DNA of 64,000 bases, from positions 32,001-96,000 of the IMG/VR virus record IMGVR_UViG_3300034683_000041. One strand, 5' to 3'. Made by a program: the position numbers and the translations under genes. Origin of the DNA: a virus. Below, piece by piece: positions 8,008 to 18,556 of this stretch. The stretch's first letter is position 1. Every line of letters begins with the position of its first letter. Under the pieces are notes generated by a model. That model was not told the DNA's origin. It saw nothing but the letters and a program-made list of their open reading frames with translations, and ran no database searches.

Positions 8008-10896
8008 TTATGCAACTGCAACAAACTCTATATCGATGGATTTTTTAACCCCGATCGTGTTGCTGGTAGTAAGATAAAGTTCTTGACGAATAGAAGGCTG
8101 TACTCCTTTATCAAGAACTCTTATTGTCTGAAGTGTTGTCATGCCATTGATACCAAGAACATCAACTGCTTCAATATAGTCTAAACTTTCTCGAATAGTG
8201 GATGTAAGTTCAGTCAATGAAATAGTTTTCTGAGAAATATTCTTTTCTAAGATAGAAATGATAGATTCTCTTAATGTATCTTTGGTAGTTTCGTCGTTGA
8301 CTACTGCAGGAGGAACATGACATTTGAATTTTATACTCATATTCAAAGGCATCGTAAGTTCAAGATTATCTCCGATACTGAACTTTGCTTGACCTAAAGT
8401 TCGAGTAGGACGGAAATACATTTTATCAGATTCGTTAAGTTTATCTAAAGCTGAACGAATAGTTGTAAAATACGATTCAAGAATAGCAGGTAACTCTTTC
8501 TTGAACTTTTGCTGGGTAGGTTGTTCACTAAGGTATATCGCAGCATCTATCATGAGAGCATTGACGTAGTATATCTGCACTCGGTCTTTAGCCAGTATGG
8601 GTTTGTTGTAATCATCGTAAACTATATCTCCTTCACGATGAACCCACACAGGTTCTCCTTCTTCTGTAAAAATAGGATCTCCCATCTTGTGGAGTTTTAC
8701 AAGTTCAGGAAGCTCTGTTTCTGGATTGACCACTACTACAGGAACTCCATTGTCGTCTGTCTGGTATATATCTTGAGAGTATGTAGCTTGAAGATCGTAC
8801 TCGTGTCGGATGTATTGTTTTTCGCTCCAAGATAAATTAACGTTGTTATAGACAACGTCATCCAGGGCATATCCTAATTGGATATTGCAAGACTGAGTTA
8901 AAAGTACATGGTGCGTACTTTTTAAACTTTCAGCGACTCCTGAATACAAATGTGACGCAGTGATAGCCGTAGGAAAATGTTCTTTTTTCACCATGAACAC
9001 AATGGTGTACTTTCCTTCAAAAGGAACGATATGATTCCATTCGTTGACGGTATCTTTTAATGTCGTCATCTCCAAATGGTGTTCTCTGGTGATGTTATAA
9101 TTGGTATCAAGATGCGCTCTGTAAACATGTGAGCCTTCGAACATCTGAAGGAAATTTAACTTTGTTCCGACTTGTACTCCTTCGATAGAAGAAGTGAAGA
9201 TGTATACTTCAATATCAGATTCGGGTATATTTACCAGATCTTTTGATTTTTCGACTACGAAATCTACAATGTATCCTCCACTTCCGTCTGCAAGATGAGA
9301 TATCACTCCCATGTTCGAAACCATTTGAGCTGTGATCTGATCATTTTCTTTTTCGAACTTTAACGAATCTAACTTCGGTTGCATCAGGTTGTAGCTGTTA
9401 GCCCGTGAGTATCTTCCATCAGGAACTAATCGTATATGATACGGAGACTTAGTGTACTGATATTTATTAAAATGCTCAACTTTTTCTTGTCTGGTCATTT
9501 CTTCTAATTCAGATAACGATGTATCCGATACAGGAACACAAGTTCCACTAGAAGACTTATATTCGTAAAGACATGTGGGTAATATGGTCAAAAGTCCGTC
9601 TGGTGTTTTTCGAATGTGTGAAACATTATCGACAGTATCGTTTTCGATATGTATATACGCACTCATGGTAGGTACTATCCCACCAACATTATCCCGAAGG
9701 ATCTTGTGTGCATGGTACATCAAATTAGTTAAGTTATCTTCATACCTCGAAATAGAGAACCCTGTATCTGCAAAATACGCTTCCATATCCATAGGAGTTA
9801 TAAGTGCAGATGCATGAAATGCATTATTTATCACTCGGTTTCGTTTTTCTTCAAATGACAGTTCATTAGATCCGCCATTGATCTGAGTTGCCCCAATGGA
9901 TACGACGTTGACAGGTACAGTATTGAGGATTTGAGAGTACAGATTGTTTTTGATACTTACGTTATAATTTACCCCCAAACTACTTGGGGATATACTACTT
10001 ATATCTATTTGAAGCTGTCCTCGTGTCGTATATAACTCAACCTCTAATCTATTGCCCATTTGTCCGTTGGTGAAATAGATTTGAGGAACTTTAAGTATGA
10101 ACGAATTATTTTCCGGAGTTACTAACACGTTGACTGTGGGAGTATATGGATCGTATATGTCCACAGATAAAGACTGGTGCATCAAATGACGAACACCGTC
10201 TTTAACATTGAATACTCTAAGAGCGTAGAACTTGTGAGGGTATTTATAGGTTTTATACCAACCTTGGCCAGGGATAAGGTCTTCTTGTATCCTGGTCAAT
10301 GTGAATTGGTATACAGGTATCTTCAAGTTAATAAGTTCCATATTTACCCATTTCTGGACGGTATGTGGAACTATGTTCTGTGTGATGTCATGAAGTTGAT
10401 GTTCTTCACTAGTATCAAACATGGCAATAGTGTTGCCTGTTTGTTTATTGATCCGTATCTCTATCGGATAATAAATTCCAAACTTGTATTCCCCAACTGT
10501 AAATACAGTTTCTGCAGGAATAATAACCTTTGAATAAACTTCATTGAAAGATCTTGCATTATTGACAAGATAGTTTTTATCTAAGGTTAAAATGACTTCG
10601 GTTGTTGAAGGTGTGGAATACATACCGACATAATCGAAATCCGATATATGTTTTGTGAGATCTTTAGAGTCTATGGCTCTTAAAGGATATGTAGCATCCA
10701 CTTCTTTTTGGACTATCCGTGAATGTAATGCTGTAATAGTTGAACAAGCTTCAAGCAAGAATGCTGCGACATTGTTAGGATCAACTACAACGTGTTCTCC
10801 ACCAAGTCTGAGTTGAAGATCTTCTAAAAATGATCGTTGAGATTCTAACGGATTCTTAAGTACATTTAAAGTCCAGTTCGGATCATCTAACCGCAT
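8008..10896 (-). CDS. Virion structural protein, baseplate wedge-like (phiKZ gp87-like)
   Basis: 962 aa. VVDPNNVAAFLLE, YPxRAxxxxDLxKHISD and GGSNELSFEE...ITP resemble baseplate-J/wedge features. Position matches the phiKZ gp87-gp90 block. Confidence 0.65.
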   Translation of the reverse strand: MRLDDPNWTLNVLKNPLESQRSFLEDLQLRLGGEHVVVDPNNVAAFLLEACSTITALHSRIVQKEVDATYPLRAIDSKDLTKHISDFDYVGMYSTPSTTEVILTLDKNYLVNNARSFNEVYSKVIIPAETVFTVGEYKFGIYYPIEIRINKQTGNTIAMFDTSEEHQLHDITQNIVPHTVQKWVNMELINLKIPVYQFTLTRIQEDLIPGQGWYKTYKYPHKFYALRVFNVKDGVRHLMHQSLSVDIYDPYTPTVNVLVTPENNSFILKVPQIYFTNGQMGNRLEVELYTTRGQLQIDISSISPSSLGVNYNVSIKNNLYSQILNTVPVNVVSIGATQINGGSNELSFEEKRNRVINNAFHASALITPMDMEAYFADTGFSISRYEDNLTNLMYHAHKILRDNVGGIVPTMSAYIHIENDTVDNVSHIRKTPDGLLTILPTCLYEYKSSSGTCVPVSDTSLSELEEMTRQEKVEHFNKYQYTKSPYHIRLVPDGRYSRANSYNLMQPKLDSLKFEKENDQITAQMVSNMGVISHLADGSGGYIVDFVVEKSKDLVNIPESDIEVYIFTSSIEGVQVGTKLNFLQMFEGSHVYRAHLDTNYNITREHHLEMTTLKDTVNEWNHIVPFEGKYTIVFMVKKEHFPTAITASHLYSGVAESLKSTHHVLLTQSCNIQLGYALDDVVYNNVNLSWSEKQYIRHEYDLQATYSQDIYQTDDNGVPVVVVNPETELPELVKLHKMGDPIFTEEGEPVWVHREGDIVYDDYNKPILAKDRVQIYYVNALMIDAAIYLSEQPTQQKFKKELPAILESYFTTIRSALDKLNESDKMYFRPTRTLGQAKFSIGDNLELTMPLNMSIKFKCHVPPAVVNDETTKDTLRESIISILEKNISQKTISLTELTSTIRESLDYIEAVDVLGINGMTTLQTIRVLDKGVQPSIRQELYLTTSNTIGVKKSIDIEFVAVA

Positions 10897-10905
10897 GATT
10901 TCCTC

Positions 10906-12090
10906 CTAGACGTAAACTATATCCCCGGAAGGAGAAGACGTCTGTCTTGTTTCATTGATAAGTTTTTCATAGAACTTTCTTTTTGCTCGGATACGAATGT
11001 CTGTATCTACACTATCTTGCAAGTAGGTATCTTTCTGTTCATGCGGTTTAGCATAAAACTCTAACTTTGGACCATTTGCTGTTGTGACAATATAGGGAAG
11101 TCCTAAGAAGTTATCTCCGGGAGCATTGCCCAATTTAACTCTATTTTGACTGAGAATATCTGGACAAAACTTTGCCATCTTCATATTGAATTCTTTAAGT
11201 ATCACAGGATCGTTTTCTTCTCCCATGATATTACATTTAAAAGTCACGTTGAATTTTCTTGCTGCTTCGACATAAGTATCGGACTGACTGTAGTCAAAAA
11301 CACTTCCCGAAGATCTCAACGTCGGAAAACATCCTGTTGCAGCACACCATCTGGTGATATATTGTTTTGATGTGTCCAGCATAAATCTGTATATAGTACA
11401 AGTGAATCCCATGACATTCTGATCTATATCTTGAGAATGTTGAACCATTTCTCCTCGTACAACTCTGTCTATATACATAGCCCAATACTGAAGAATGGCA
11501 GCACATATCCCCCCTGGAAGATCAGAAAATGTCATACTAAGATCAAACGACTTAGTATTCCTATCTGAGCCTATCGGAATAGTCATATCTTCGGAAAAAA
11601 GTCCTGCTTCAGAAGTCCAGGTCTCAAGAGTACCGTTGGGGAATCCACTGATACTTTCCACTGCGTTAGTTATGGGAGTAAGAAAAGGAGAATCATTGTC
11701 CATATATGGACAGTTACTTATTAATTCTTGATATCGAACATTTCTAGCAGTTTTAGAATCAAGAAGAAATCGTATCATAAATTGTATAGTGTTAGGATCT
11801 AACGTATCCAGCATAGAAAACAATCTAGTCATTCGTAAATTGATAGAATTCAGATTGAGTTCTGGTCTTGTGATAAACGTTAACCCTGGGTATTCTGTAT
11901 TTTGTATGATCGATCTGATATTGTATCGATCGATCCTGGCTAGATGGTTGTGAAATTGGGAAAAATAACTTCCAGCACCAGCATGCTTCATGGTGTGGTC
12001 AAGAACTGATTCATTAAATCTCATCAGTTCATTTTCTATTTCAGTTTTTAACTTGTCGTTAAGATACATTTCTCTTTGATAATCAGCCAT
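10906..12090 (-). CDS. Virion structural protein, baseplate/tube-initiator-like (phiKZ gp88-like)
   Basis: GLTFITRPELNL, FTCTIYRFMLD and CAATGCFP; GGAG RBS favours ATG 12090; divergent from the next gene. Confidence 0.6.
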   Translation of the reverse strand: MADYQREMYLNDKLKTEIENELMRFNESVLDHTMKHAGAGSYFSQFHNHLARIDRYNIRSIIQNTEYPGLTFITRPELNLNSINLRMTRLFSMLDTLDPNTIQFMIRFLLDSKTARNVRYQELISNCPYMDNDSPFLTPITNAVESISGFPNGTLETWTSEAGLFSEDMTIPIGSDRNTKSFDLSMTFSDLPGGICAAILQYWAMYIDRVVRGEMVQHSQDIDQNVMGFTCTIYRFMLDTSKQYITRWCAATGCFPTLRSSGSVFDYSQSDTYVEAARKFNVTFKCNIMGEENDPVILKEFNMKMAKFCPDILSQNRVKLGNAPGDNFLGLPYIVTTANGPKLEFYAKPHEQKDTYLQDSVDTDIRIRAKRKFYEKLINETRQTSSPSGDIVYV

Positions 12091-12120
12091 AATGTGCTCC
12101 TTATAAAAGGACTGGAAAAT

Positions 12121-12129
12121 CATACTATG
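12121..12129. promoter_or_regulatory. Back-to-back late promoter cores (CATA-c-TATG)
   Basis: TATG on both strands in the 72-bp gap between two divergent structural genes. TATG is the phiKZ late promoter core. Confidence 0.45.
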
Positions 12130-12162
12130 GTCTTGAACCAATTTAATCACTAGGAGAAGACA

Positions 12163-13269
12163 ATGTCATTATTGGACTTTAATGTTAACATGCGGGACAA
12201 CAATGGGGAATTAACCTTCGCCAATCTGGTAGATCGTTTACGAAATATCGAACAACGTGTAAGTTCCAGCTTGTCGAGAGCCGTAGAGAAATCTAGAGTT
12301 TCTCACAGAGCATTTATTCAACAAGAAGCTGCCAGTGAAGAAATTTTAAATGACTTACTTTTAACTACTCAGAACATGGTTATAGGTTGGATCTTGACTG
12401 CTATCCAACTCAACAACAAAGTAGATAGTGCCAGAACTGTAAGAGACGTTTTGGATACAGTATCTACTGAAGCTGCGCATTATGCCAATTTCATTTCTGA
12501 AGTAGAACTTGTGGGTAGCTTCGAAAACTATTCCCCGAAAATGGGTGTACTTACTCCGAATAAGAACCTTGGTGGAACTGGACCTGCAAAAGTACACAAT
12601 CTTCCAGACAAATTAAGTCTGGCTTCAGGACGTATTATTGAAGTTCAGTTCACGCCAAATCCTGACGAACCTAATCAGAAGATGACTGTTCAGTTGTTCT
12701 TACAGTTCAATCCGTTTATAGTTAGTGCCGATGTATGTCGAGCATTTTTTGAAAATAACTTTAAACTGGATCTTAAGAAACGATGGTTCCAATTTACTTC
12801 CGGGGAAATCAATTTCTTCAGAGATTTTCTTTTTGAATTTGATCGATTAAATAAACGTACAAAAGCCATGAAGGCAGACACCTCTGGTCAACTTAAAGAG
12901 TTGGAGGACGCAAAACGAAATAGCTTGATCAGTTACGTTGCCAAATTATTCGGATGGAGATCTAATCGAGAAAATATAGCAAGTTCGATCAATATCTTTT
13001 TAAAACAGGATTTTGATCAGTGGTGTCGTGAACTGCATTGTAATTTTGAGAAAGACTACTCCGTAAGACAAAAATTCTTCAACGCAACATTTTCACTGAT
13101 GGTGATCATAGTCGATCCTTCATATCGTACAGTGACGTACTACTATAACGGAGTGAGAGATTCTGGAAAATATACTTACGATCAGATCATTCGTCAAGCC
13201 AAACCCGAATCTTTGAACCTTAAATCTATGATGCAGTCGTACTATCAGTCTACTGCTCCCAAATTCTAG
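12163..13269 (+). CDS. Internal head / inner-body protein (phiKZ gp89-like)
   Basis: Size and synteny; STE processing site; SGRIIEV and WFQFTSGEINFFRDFLFEFD; AGGAG RBS. Confidence 0.6.
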   Translation: MSLLDFNVNMRDNNGELTFANLVDRLRNIEQRVSSSLSRAVEKSRVSHRAFIQQEAASEEILNDLLLTTQNMVIGWILTAIQLNNKVDSARTVRDVLDTVSTEAAHYANFISEVELVGSFENYSPKMGVLTPNKNLGGTGPAKVHNLPDKLSLASGRIIEVQFTPNPDEPNQKMTVQLFLQFNPFIVSADVCRAFFENNFKLDLKKRWFQFTSGEINFFRDFLFEFDRLNKRTKAMKADTSGQLKELEDAKRNSLISYVAKLFGWRSNRENIASSINIFLKQDFDQWCRELHCNFEKDYSVRQKFFNATFSLMVIIVDPSYRTVTYYYNGVRDSGKYTYDQIIRQAKPESLNLKSMMQSYYQSTAPKF

Positions 13270-13279
13270 GAGAACAACT

Positions 13280-14263
13280 ATGTTAGTTCTGAAAACATTG
13301 GGCGATGCGGTTTTATCATACATCAAAACTACGACTAAACAAAAGTCGTTATCCGTTGAGCAGTTACGTCAAGTGTGCGATGTACTGTATAAACGTATGT
13401 CTACGTTGTATACTGTTCTGGAATCTTTCGATGATCTTGCTATGAACAACATCCGCACAAAATACTACGAAGTTCCAGATACTGGTAAGTTTTCTGCAAA
13501 ACCGATATTTACTAGATATATCAATAAACTTCAAGGTAGCGCAAAGACTCTTGAAACTCAAGTAGCGTTCGGTGCAATGAAAGCTGCGATCCGTGGATAC
13601 TTAAGTATCCTTACAGAGATCTCTAAACATGCTCAGGATGTCATCCAAGAATCTTCTATAAACATCAAAGATGTACGACTTTCCACTATCGTACTCTTCG
13701 GAGTACTTAAAGAAGCGGAAATTGTTTCAAAGTTCGGTGAATCGTTATACAGGCATTTCATGGATACTGCACTTAGAAAAAATCCAGAAATCATCAAATA
13801 CCGGTATGATGAAATGAACGAATCTGCAGAAAAAGTAGCTGAGCTTGTAACTCATATGGTTGCTAAATCTGGAAGATATTCATTTATGGCAGATATCAAT
13901 AAAATGCGTCAGAAGAATGTAGATCTTGTACTGCATGCAAAAGATTCCTCTTTTCTGGATTATATTAACCCCAGAAATATTCCGGTCGGAGTTATGAACA
14001 ACATAACTACCGGTATCATCGGATTCACTTTCATTACTTGGATAGTGGAACGATTCTCTGATTGGAAACATCTTCAGTACCAACGTAATCTTGAATTCAA
14101 ACATTGGGCTGAACAGCAAGCTGCTTACTACCGTATGAAATTGACTGAAGAAAGTTCTCCGGAACAAATTGCACGTATAGAGAAGATTCTTGATGCCTAC
14201 ACGCAAAAGATCATCAAAATCGATTCTGAGATTGCAGATTACGAAAGATCTGTGAGGGATTAG
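13280..14263 (+). CDS. Internal head protein (phiKZ gp90-like)
   Basis: Follows the gp89-like gene; helical, with a short hydrophobic segment and a C-terminal coiled coil. Confidence 0.5.
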   Translation: MLVLKTLGDAVLSYIKTTTKQKSLSVEQLRQVCDVLYKRMSTLYTVLESFDDLAMNNIRTKYYEVPDTGKFSAKPIFTRYINKLQGSAKTLETQVAFGAMKAAIRGYLSILTEISKHAQDVIQESSINIKDVRLSTIVLFGVLKEAEIVSKFGESLYRHFMDTALRKNPEIIKYRYDEMNESAEKVAELVTHMVAKSGRYSFMADINKMRQKNVDLVLHAKDSSFLDYINPRNIPVGVMNNITTGIIGFTFITWIVERFSDWKHLQYQRNLEFKHWAEQQAAYYRMKLTEESSPEQIARIEKILDAYTQKIIKIDSEIADYERSVRD

Positions 14264-14266
14264 ACT

Positions 14267-15142
14267 ATGCGATGGATACCTAAAGAAAACCCTCCTAGTT
14301 CGGATTGGAGACAACGGTACTATACCGAGGCATTGTGCTCTGGAAATATCGGGGATCGAGAAAACAACTACAAGATCTTTGTAGATTCCACTCTTGAACT
14401 TCTAGCAGATATAGATGTTCGTATGGTTACCGCAGCACATGCGTATTACTATGCCAGAAAATTCGATAACGTTCCGATAACTAATAACGTGGCAGATAGA
14501 GAAAAGTATATCTCTATGTACCGCGATCAAGTATCAGAAAAAATAGCTTTGTCTGTATGGGAAACCGTTCAAGCGATGGCAGTTGCAGTGTTGGAACTTG
14601 CACAAAAGAAACCTGCACTTCGTACTTGTGATCTTACTGACTCTCTGTATCAAAGAATACGTGAACTGCCCAATAGGTTTGTGCGTACGCAAAATGTGTA
14701 CTTAGATGGGATCAGTTTAGAACTCAAAATGCTTCATATAGGAACACAGCCTGAGACTGTACGTGGAAACGTAATGACTATATCCGAAGTGAAAGAAAAG
14801 TTCAGGGAGTTCTTAACTTACTGCTCTGAAACTCCAAAAGATCTACATGATCTTATGGATAGAACATCTACGACTGCATTGAAAAGTTATAAAACATATC
14901 TGTCTATCATATACCAGTTATTCTCCAATAGTGAATATACTACAGACGAAAGCTGGTTGCAGTTCACTAACAAAGCAGATAAACGACAACTGGAAGTTGT
15001 TTCTACTTTCCCAGTTAGAACACCTGAAGCGGTTTTTGGATATAACTTTCAGAATGAATATCTTCAGAAGTCGTTAGAGTTGCCTATAGAGTTGGATAGT
15101 TACACTGATAGGTATCTGATTATTGTCAGCTACCTTAAGTAA
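14267..15142 (+). CDS. Putative virion protein
   Basis: Co-oriented in the head operon; GAGG RBS. Confidence 0.5.
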   Translation: MRWIPKENPPSSDWRQRYYTEALCSGNIGDRENNYKIFVDSTLELLADIDVRMVTAAHAYYYARKFDNVPITNNVADREKYISMYRDQVSEKIALSVWETVQAMAVAVLELAQKKPALRTCDLTDSLYQRIRELPNRFVRTQNVYLDGISLELKMLHIGTQPETVRGNVMTISEVKEKFREFLTYCSETPKDLHDLMDRTSTTALKSYKTYLSIIYQLFSNSEYTTDESWLQFTNKADKRQLEVVSTFPVRTPEAVFGYNFQNEYLQKSLELPIELDSYTDRYLIIVSYLK

Positions 15143-15205
15143 TATTATGCGAAAATGTGTCTGTCAGACAATAACCATTAACATCCTTTGCAAAGGAGAA
15201 ACATT

Positions 15206-16258
15206 ATGTTTCGCAGCTTAGAAAACCTGTCCCGTATGAATGAAGAAACTGTCGAAGAAACCACGGTTGACGTCGAAGTTCGTGTTGCCGAAGAAGTGGA
15301 AACACAGACTGAGATCCTGGAAGAAGCCACCACTATCGTGGAAGAAGCTGAAACCAGTGATGATGCCGGTGAAGAAATCGCTGAGATGCATGCTCTTATG
15401 GAGATCATCCAGAACGAAGGTATCAACCCCGGCATGATGGCCGTGATCAACCGGAACAATCAGCTGTCCAACTTCTCGGGCATCGCTCTTCCGGCTAAAG
15501 AATCCCTTGATACCGTTGGTGGTAACCCTGAAGCAGCATCTCTTGCGATCGAATCCCTTAAGGAATCCATCAAGAAAGCTATGGAAGCCGTCAAACGGTT
15601 CTTCATCAACATCTGGGAAAAGGTCAAGGGACTTGCACGGCGCATTCTCGATCTCGTAAGTTCGAAAGAAAAGGCCCTGGCTCGTGCTAAGGAAATGATC
15701 AAGGGAATCACTCTTGACCCCGAAAAAGTCAAGAACAAAGAAGGTAAGTTCATCACTCATCAGTTCATGACTGCACGTTGTGCTGCTCTGACACAGGTTG
15801 CCTCTTCGCTGAGTGTTGTATCCCCTGCTACCCTGGTGGGCGATGTGTTCGGCAAGAGCGGTGCCTACTTGAAGGCTCTTGGTCTTCGTATGGAAGATGG
15901 TAAGATTGTTGAATTCGATAAACCCGTTGAGATCAAGAAACAGACCCTCACTGCTGCCGGATGGGATGTAGCTAAAGCTGAATCCGTGCATGCCGACGTC
16001 GCCAAAGCTCTTGGTGCTATTCGTAGCATGAAGACTGCCAGTGACGCTCTGGGCAAAATCTGCACTGCAGGCATCAAGGAAGCTGACTCCGTTGCCAGAT
16101 CGTCCGATGAAAAAGTGGACAAGGATAAGGTTGAAGAACTGCGCAAGCTGGCTTCTACCGTTTCCAAGGGTATCTCCCGTGTGTCTTCTGAAGGTATGAA
16201 GACCATCAACAATTATCTGACCGTGTGCAGTGCGCTCAAAGCCTGCGAAAAACGGTAA
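15206..16258 (+). CDS. Major internal head protein (phiKZ gp93-like family)
   Basis: AAGGAG RBS before ATG 15206. Very acidic propeptide with SLE/AKE/AIE sites, then ESLKESIKKAMEAVKRFFINIWEKVK. Strong C-ending codon bias. Confidence 0.7.
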   Translation: MFRSLENLSRMNEETVEETTVDVEVRVAEEVETQTEILEEATTIVEEAETSDDAGEEIAEMHALMEIIQNEGINPGMMAVINRNNQLSNFSGIALPAKESLDTVGGNPEAASLAIESLKESIKKAMEAVKRFFINIWEKVKGLARRILDLVSSKEKALARAKEMIKGITLDPEKVKNKEGKFITHQFMTARCAALTQVASSLSVVSPATLVGDVFGKSGAYLKALGLRMEDGKIVEFDKPVEIKKQTLTAAGWDVAKAESVHADVAKALGAIRSMKTASDALGKICTAGIKEADSVARSSDEKVDKDKVEELRKLASTVSKGISRVSSEGMKTINNYLTVCSALKACEKR

Positions 16259-16357
16259 GATTTGATCTATCTGTTAGATTAATCCAGACCTCACGGTCTC
16301 ACCGAGGAGGGACTCCTTCGGGGGTCTCTCCTCATCTAATTCTTTGGGGGAGTTATC

Positions 16358-17389
16358 ATGCCCGATTGTTTTGAAGATGTTATATTTCAAACAAACCAGA
16401 TATCACAACTGTGTCGTGAAGGAGATCAGCTTTGTATCACAACTGAGTTCGTATATAACGTATACGAACAGCATCAGACCTGCGCTATACAAAGTGGATA
16501 CGAAACACTTCTTAGAAATCTTGATTTCTTTAGCTATTTACCAAATGGCAGATATGTTCCTGGAAGTCCGGAAAACTACAACATCGCATTTGAAAGTATA
16601 CTGTCTACCGTATTCAAAGCAACAGTAAATTTCTTCTCGAGACTTTTGACTGGGATCAAAACTTTTATAAATAAAATTTTTACTGTTCAAAAGAACATCT
16701 CTGAACACAATAAAGCAGAAGTAGCTAAAGCTAAAAAATTACTGAATAAATACAGTTCGGATCTAGGAAAAGTACATCTTTCTGAATCCGTTCCTCCGTA
16801 TAAAGAGTTGTTGAAAGTACTTTCAACGATGAAAGAGCTCATGTCTGATCTTTGTAAATTTCCTATACATGAGCTTAACGCTTCCGTAGCTAACGTTCTG
16901 GACGGAAACTCAAATACGGTCACATTTGAAATCAACTATTCTAAACTACTTGGATCTAACTACATTGAGAAACTTTCTTCTATTGGTATAGAGTTTGATG
17001 AAGATGACTCTCCTATATTCTCCACCACATTAGATACTTCTTATGGATCAGAGAGATCTATCTCAGAGCTTGGATATCATGCTCACGAGTTAGAAGAACT
17101 TGTTGATCTAACTACTATTCAGATCTCTTCTATGCATGATCAACTTTTTAAGATCCAAAAGATACTTGAAAGTATAGTGTTCAAGATCACAAAACTTCAG
17201 AACACCAATACGGATCTAACCAAAGAAGAAAACTATAAAGAAGTGTTTGCAACATTACCGAAAGAAGTTAGCAAGCTTGTTGGAATATACCACAAAATAA
17301 CCTCTGCTAAATTGGCATATACGTACGTTGTTACGTCAGTCATCTCTTCTATCATCGAAGCATTAGAGCATCACGACAAATCAAACTAG
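16358..17389 (+). CDS. Internal head protein paralogue
   Basis: AFE site followed by the amphipathic helix FFSRLLTGIKTFINKIF; SISELGY motif. Confidence 0.6.
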   Translation: MPDCFEDVIFQTNQISQLCREGDQLCITTEFVYNVYEQHQTCAIQSGYETLLRNLDFFSYLPNGRYVPGSPENYNIAFESILSTVFKATVNFFSRLLTGIKTFINKIFTVQKNISEHNKAEVAKAKKLLNKYSSDLGKVHLSESVPPYKELLKVLSTMKELMSDLCKFPIHELNASVANVLDGNSNTVTFEINYSKLLGSNYIEKLSSIGIEFDEDDSPIFSTTLDTSYGSERSISELGYHAHELEELVDLTTIQISSMHDQLFKIQKILESIVFKITKLQNTNTDLTKEENYKEVFATLPKEVSKLVGIYHKITSAKLAYTYVVTSVISSIIEALEHHDKSN

Positions 17390-17395
17390 AGTTCA

Positions 17396-17425
17396 TGTAG
17401 TAGAGACCACTTGGTCTCTACTACA
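17396..17425 (+). terminator. Stem-loop
   Basis: tgtagtagagacca/tggtctctactaca inverted repeat. Confidence 0.6.
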
Positions 17426-17476
17426 GAATATAACTTTGCTTAATTTTATGACTTACATCCAATTAGGAGTTTAATC

Positions 17477-18556
17477 ATGTCGTATTCTCTTAAAGTTCGA
17501 GATAATGATAACTTGGATTATAAAGACGTCGAAGGGTCGATATTTATTGCAGTCAATCTTCATCAATTGCAAACTGCATTTGCTTCTGGTGTTGAAAACA
17601 TACTTTTGACCTACAACTCTACAAATATACATAAGTCTACCATCGATTATGGTATACCTTCTAATGAGAACTTTCAGTTTGTTCTGCAAGTGATAAAAGG
17701 ACTACTGCGCAAGTTCATAGAATTTCTGACCGAACTTATACACAAACTTGTACGATTTGTAAACTATGTGATTAATCGTACCAAAAATAATGCAGAACAA
17801 ATCGAAGGTAATCTGAACACAATCAGAACTGCTCAGGCATCTAGAGCCGACATTCTAAATACAGTAATATCTCCTGCTGCAACATATGCTCAATATCGTA
17901 CATTTGTAGATAACGTAACGAAATTAGCAGCGGAGGCTGAAAAATTCATCAGACACTATAATGTTGATGATGAAATCAAACTTCTTCTTGAAGAAACAGC
18001 GGAGGATGATCTTCCAAAAACTACATCGACTTCAAGAAGACTGACACTAGTTTTTAAGAATGAACTTATAGCACTCGGAGAATCTGTAGGGTTAACTTTT
18101 CCTAACCTTTTTACAGCATCAGAAGAAGACGCTATACAAAGTGTTAATCATAGTAGTTATAATAGTAAATTCAGAGAACTACTTACAGCATCAGAACCTA
18201 GTACATTAAAAGAGCTTGGATATACGTTTGATATAGTACAATCATTGTATCAGGACGATATCCGTCCACTTATATCCGCACAGTCTAGACTCCAAAACCA
18301 GGGACAAGTGTTAGAAACAATCAAGACTCGTTGTGAATTACGTTTACGAGATTTTGAAAAAAATAAGCAGTTGTTGGCAAAAATAGAAAAGTTGCCCAAT
18401 AGACAATTAAACAAAATACACATGTTGTCTACAACTATAGCAAAGTTGGGAGCATTATTGGTACTTAACGCCAAGATCATAGCGATCATCGATGAAGTTG
18501 TTACGTATCACAAAATCCTCAGTCGAGCAATAGCTCGAGGAGTTACTAATGAATGA
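17477..18556 (+). CDS. Internal head protein paralogue
   Basis: SNE site followed by an amphipathic helix; TLKELGY motif. Confidence 0.6.
   Translation: MSYSLKVRDNDNLDYKDVEGSIFIAVNLHQLQTAFASGVENILLTYNSTNIHKSTIDYGIPSNENFQFVLQVIKGLLRKFIEFLTELIHKLVRFVNYVINRTKNNAEQIEGNLNTIRTAQASRADILNTVISPAATYAQYRTFVDNVTKLAAEAEKFIRHYNVDDEIKLLLEETAEDDLPKTTSTSRRLTLVFKNELIALGESVGLTFPNLFTASEEDAIQSVNHSSYNSKFRELLTASEPSTLKELGYTFDIVQSLYQDDIRPLISAQSRLQNQGQVLETIKTRCELRLRDFEKNKQLLAKIEKLPNRQLNKIHMLSTTIAKLGALLVLNAKIIAIIDEVVTYHKILSRAIARGVTNE

Noticed and set aside
15218-15991. 257-aa antisense ORF (likewise 37414..38106)
   Set aside because: Mirror frames of strongly codon-biased genes that avoid TTA/CTA/TCA; no RBS or protein-like features.
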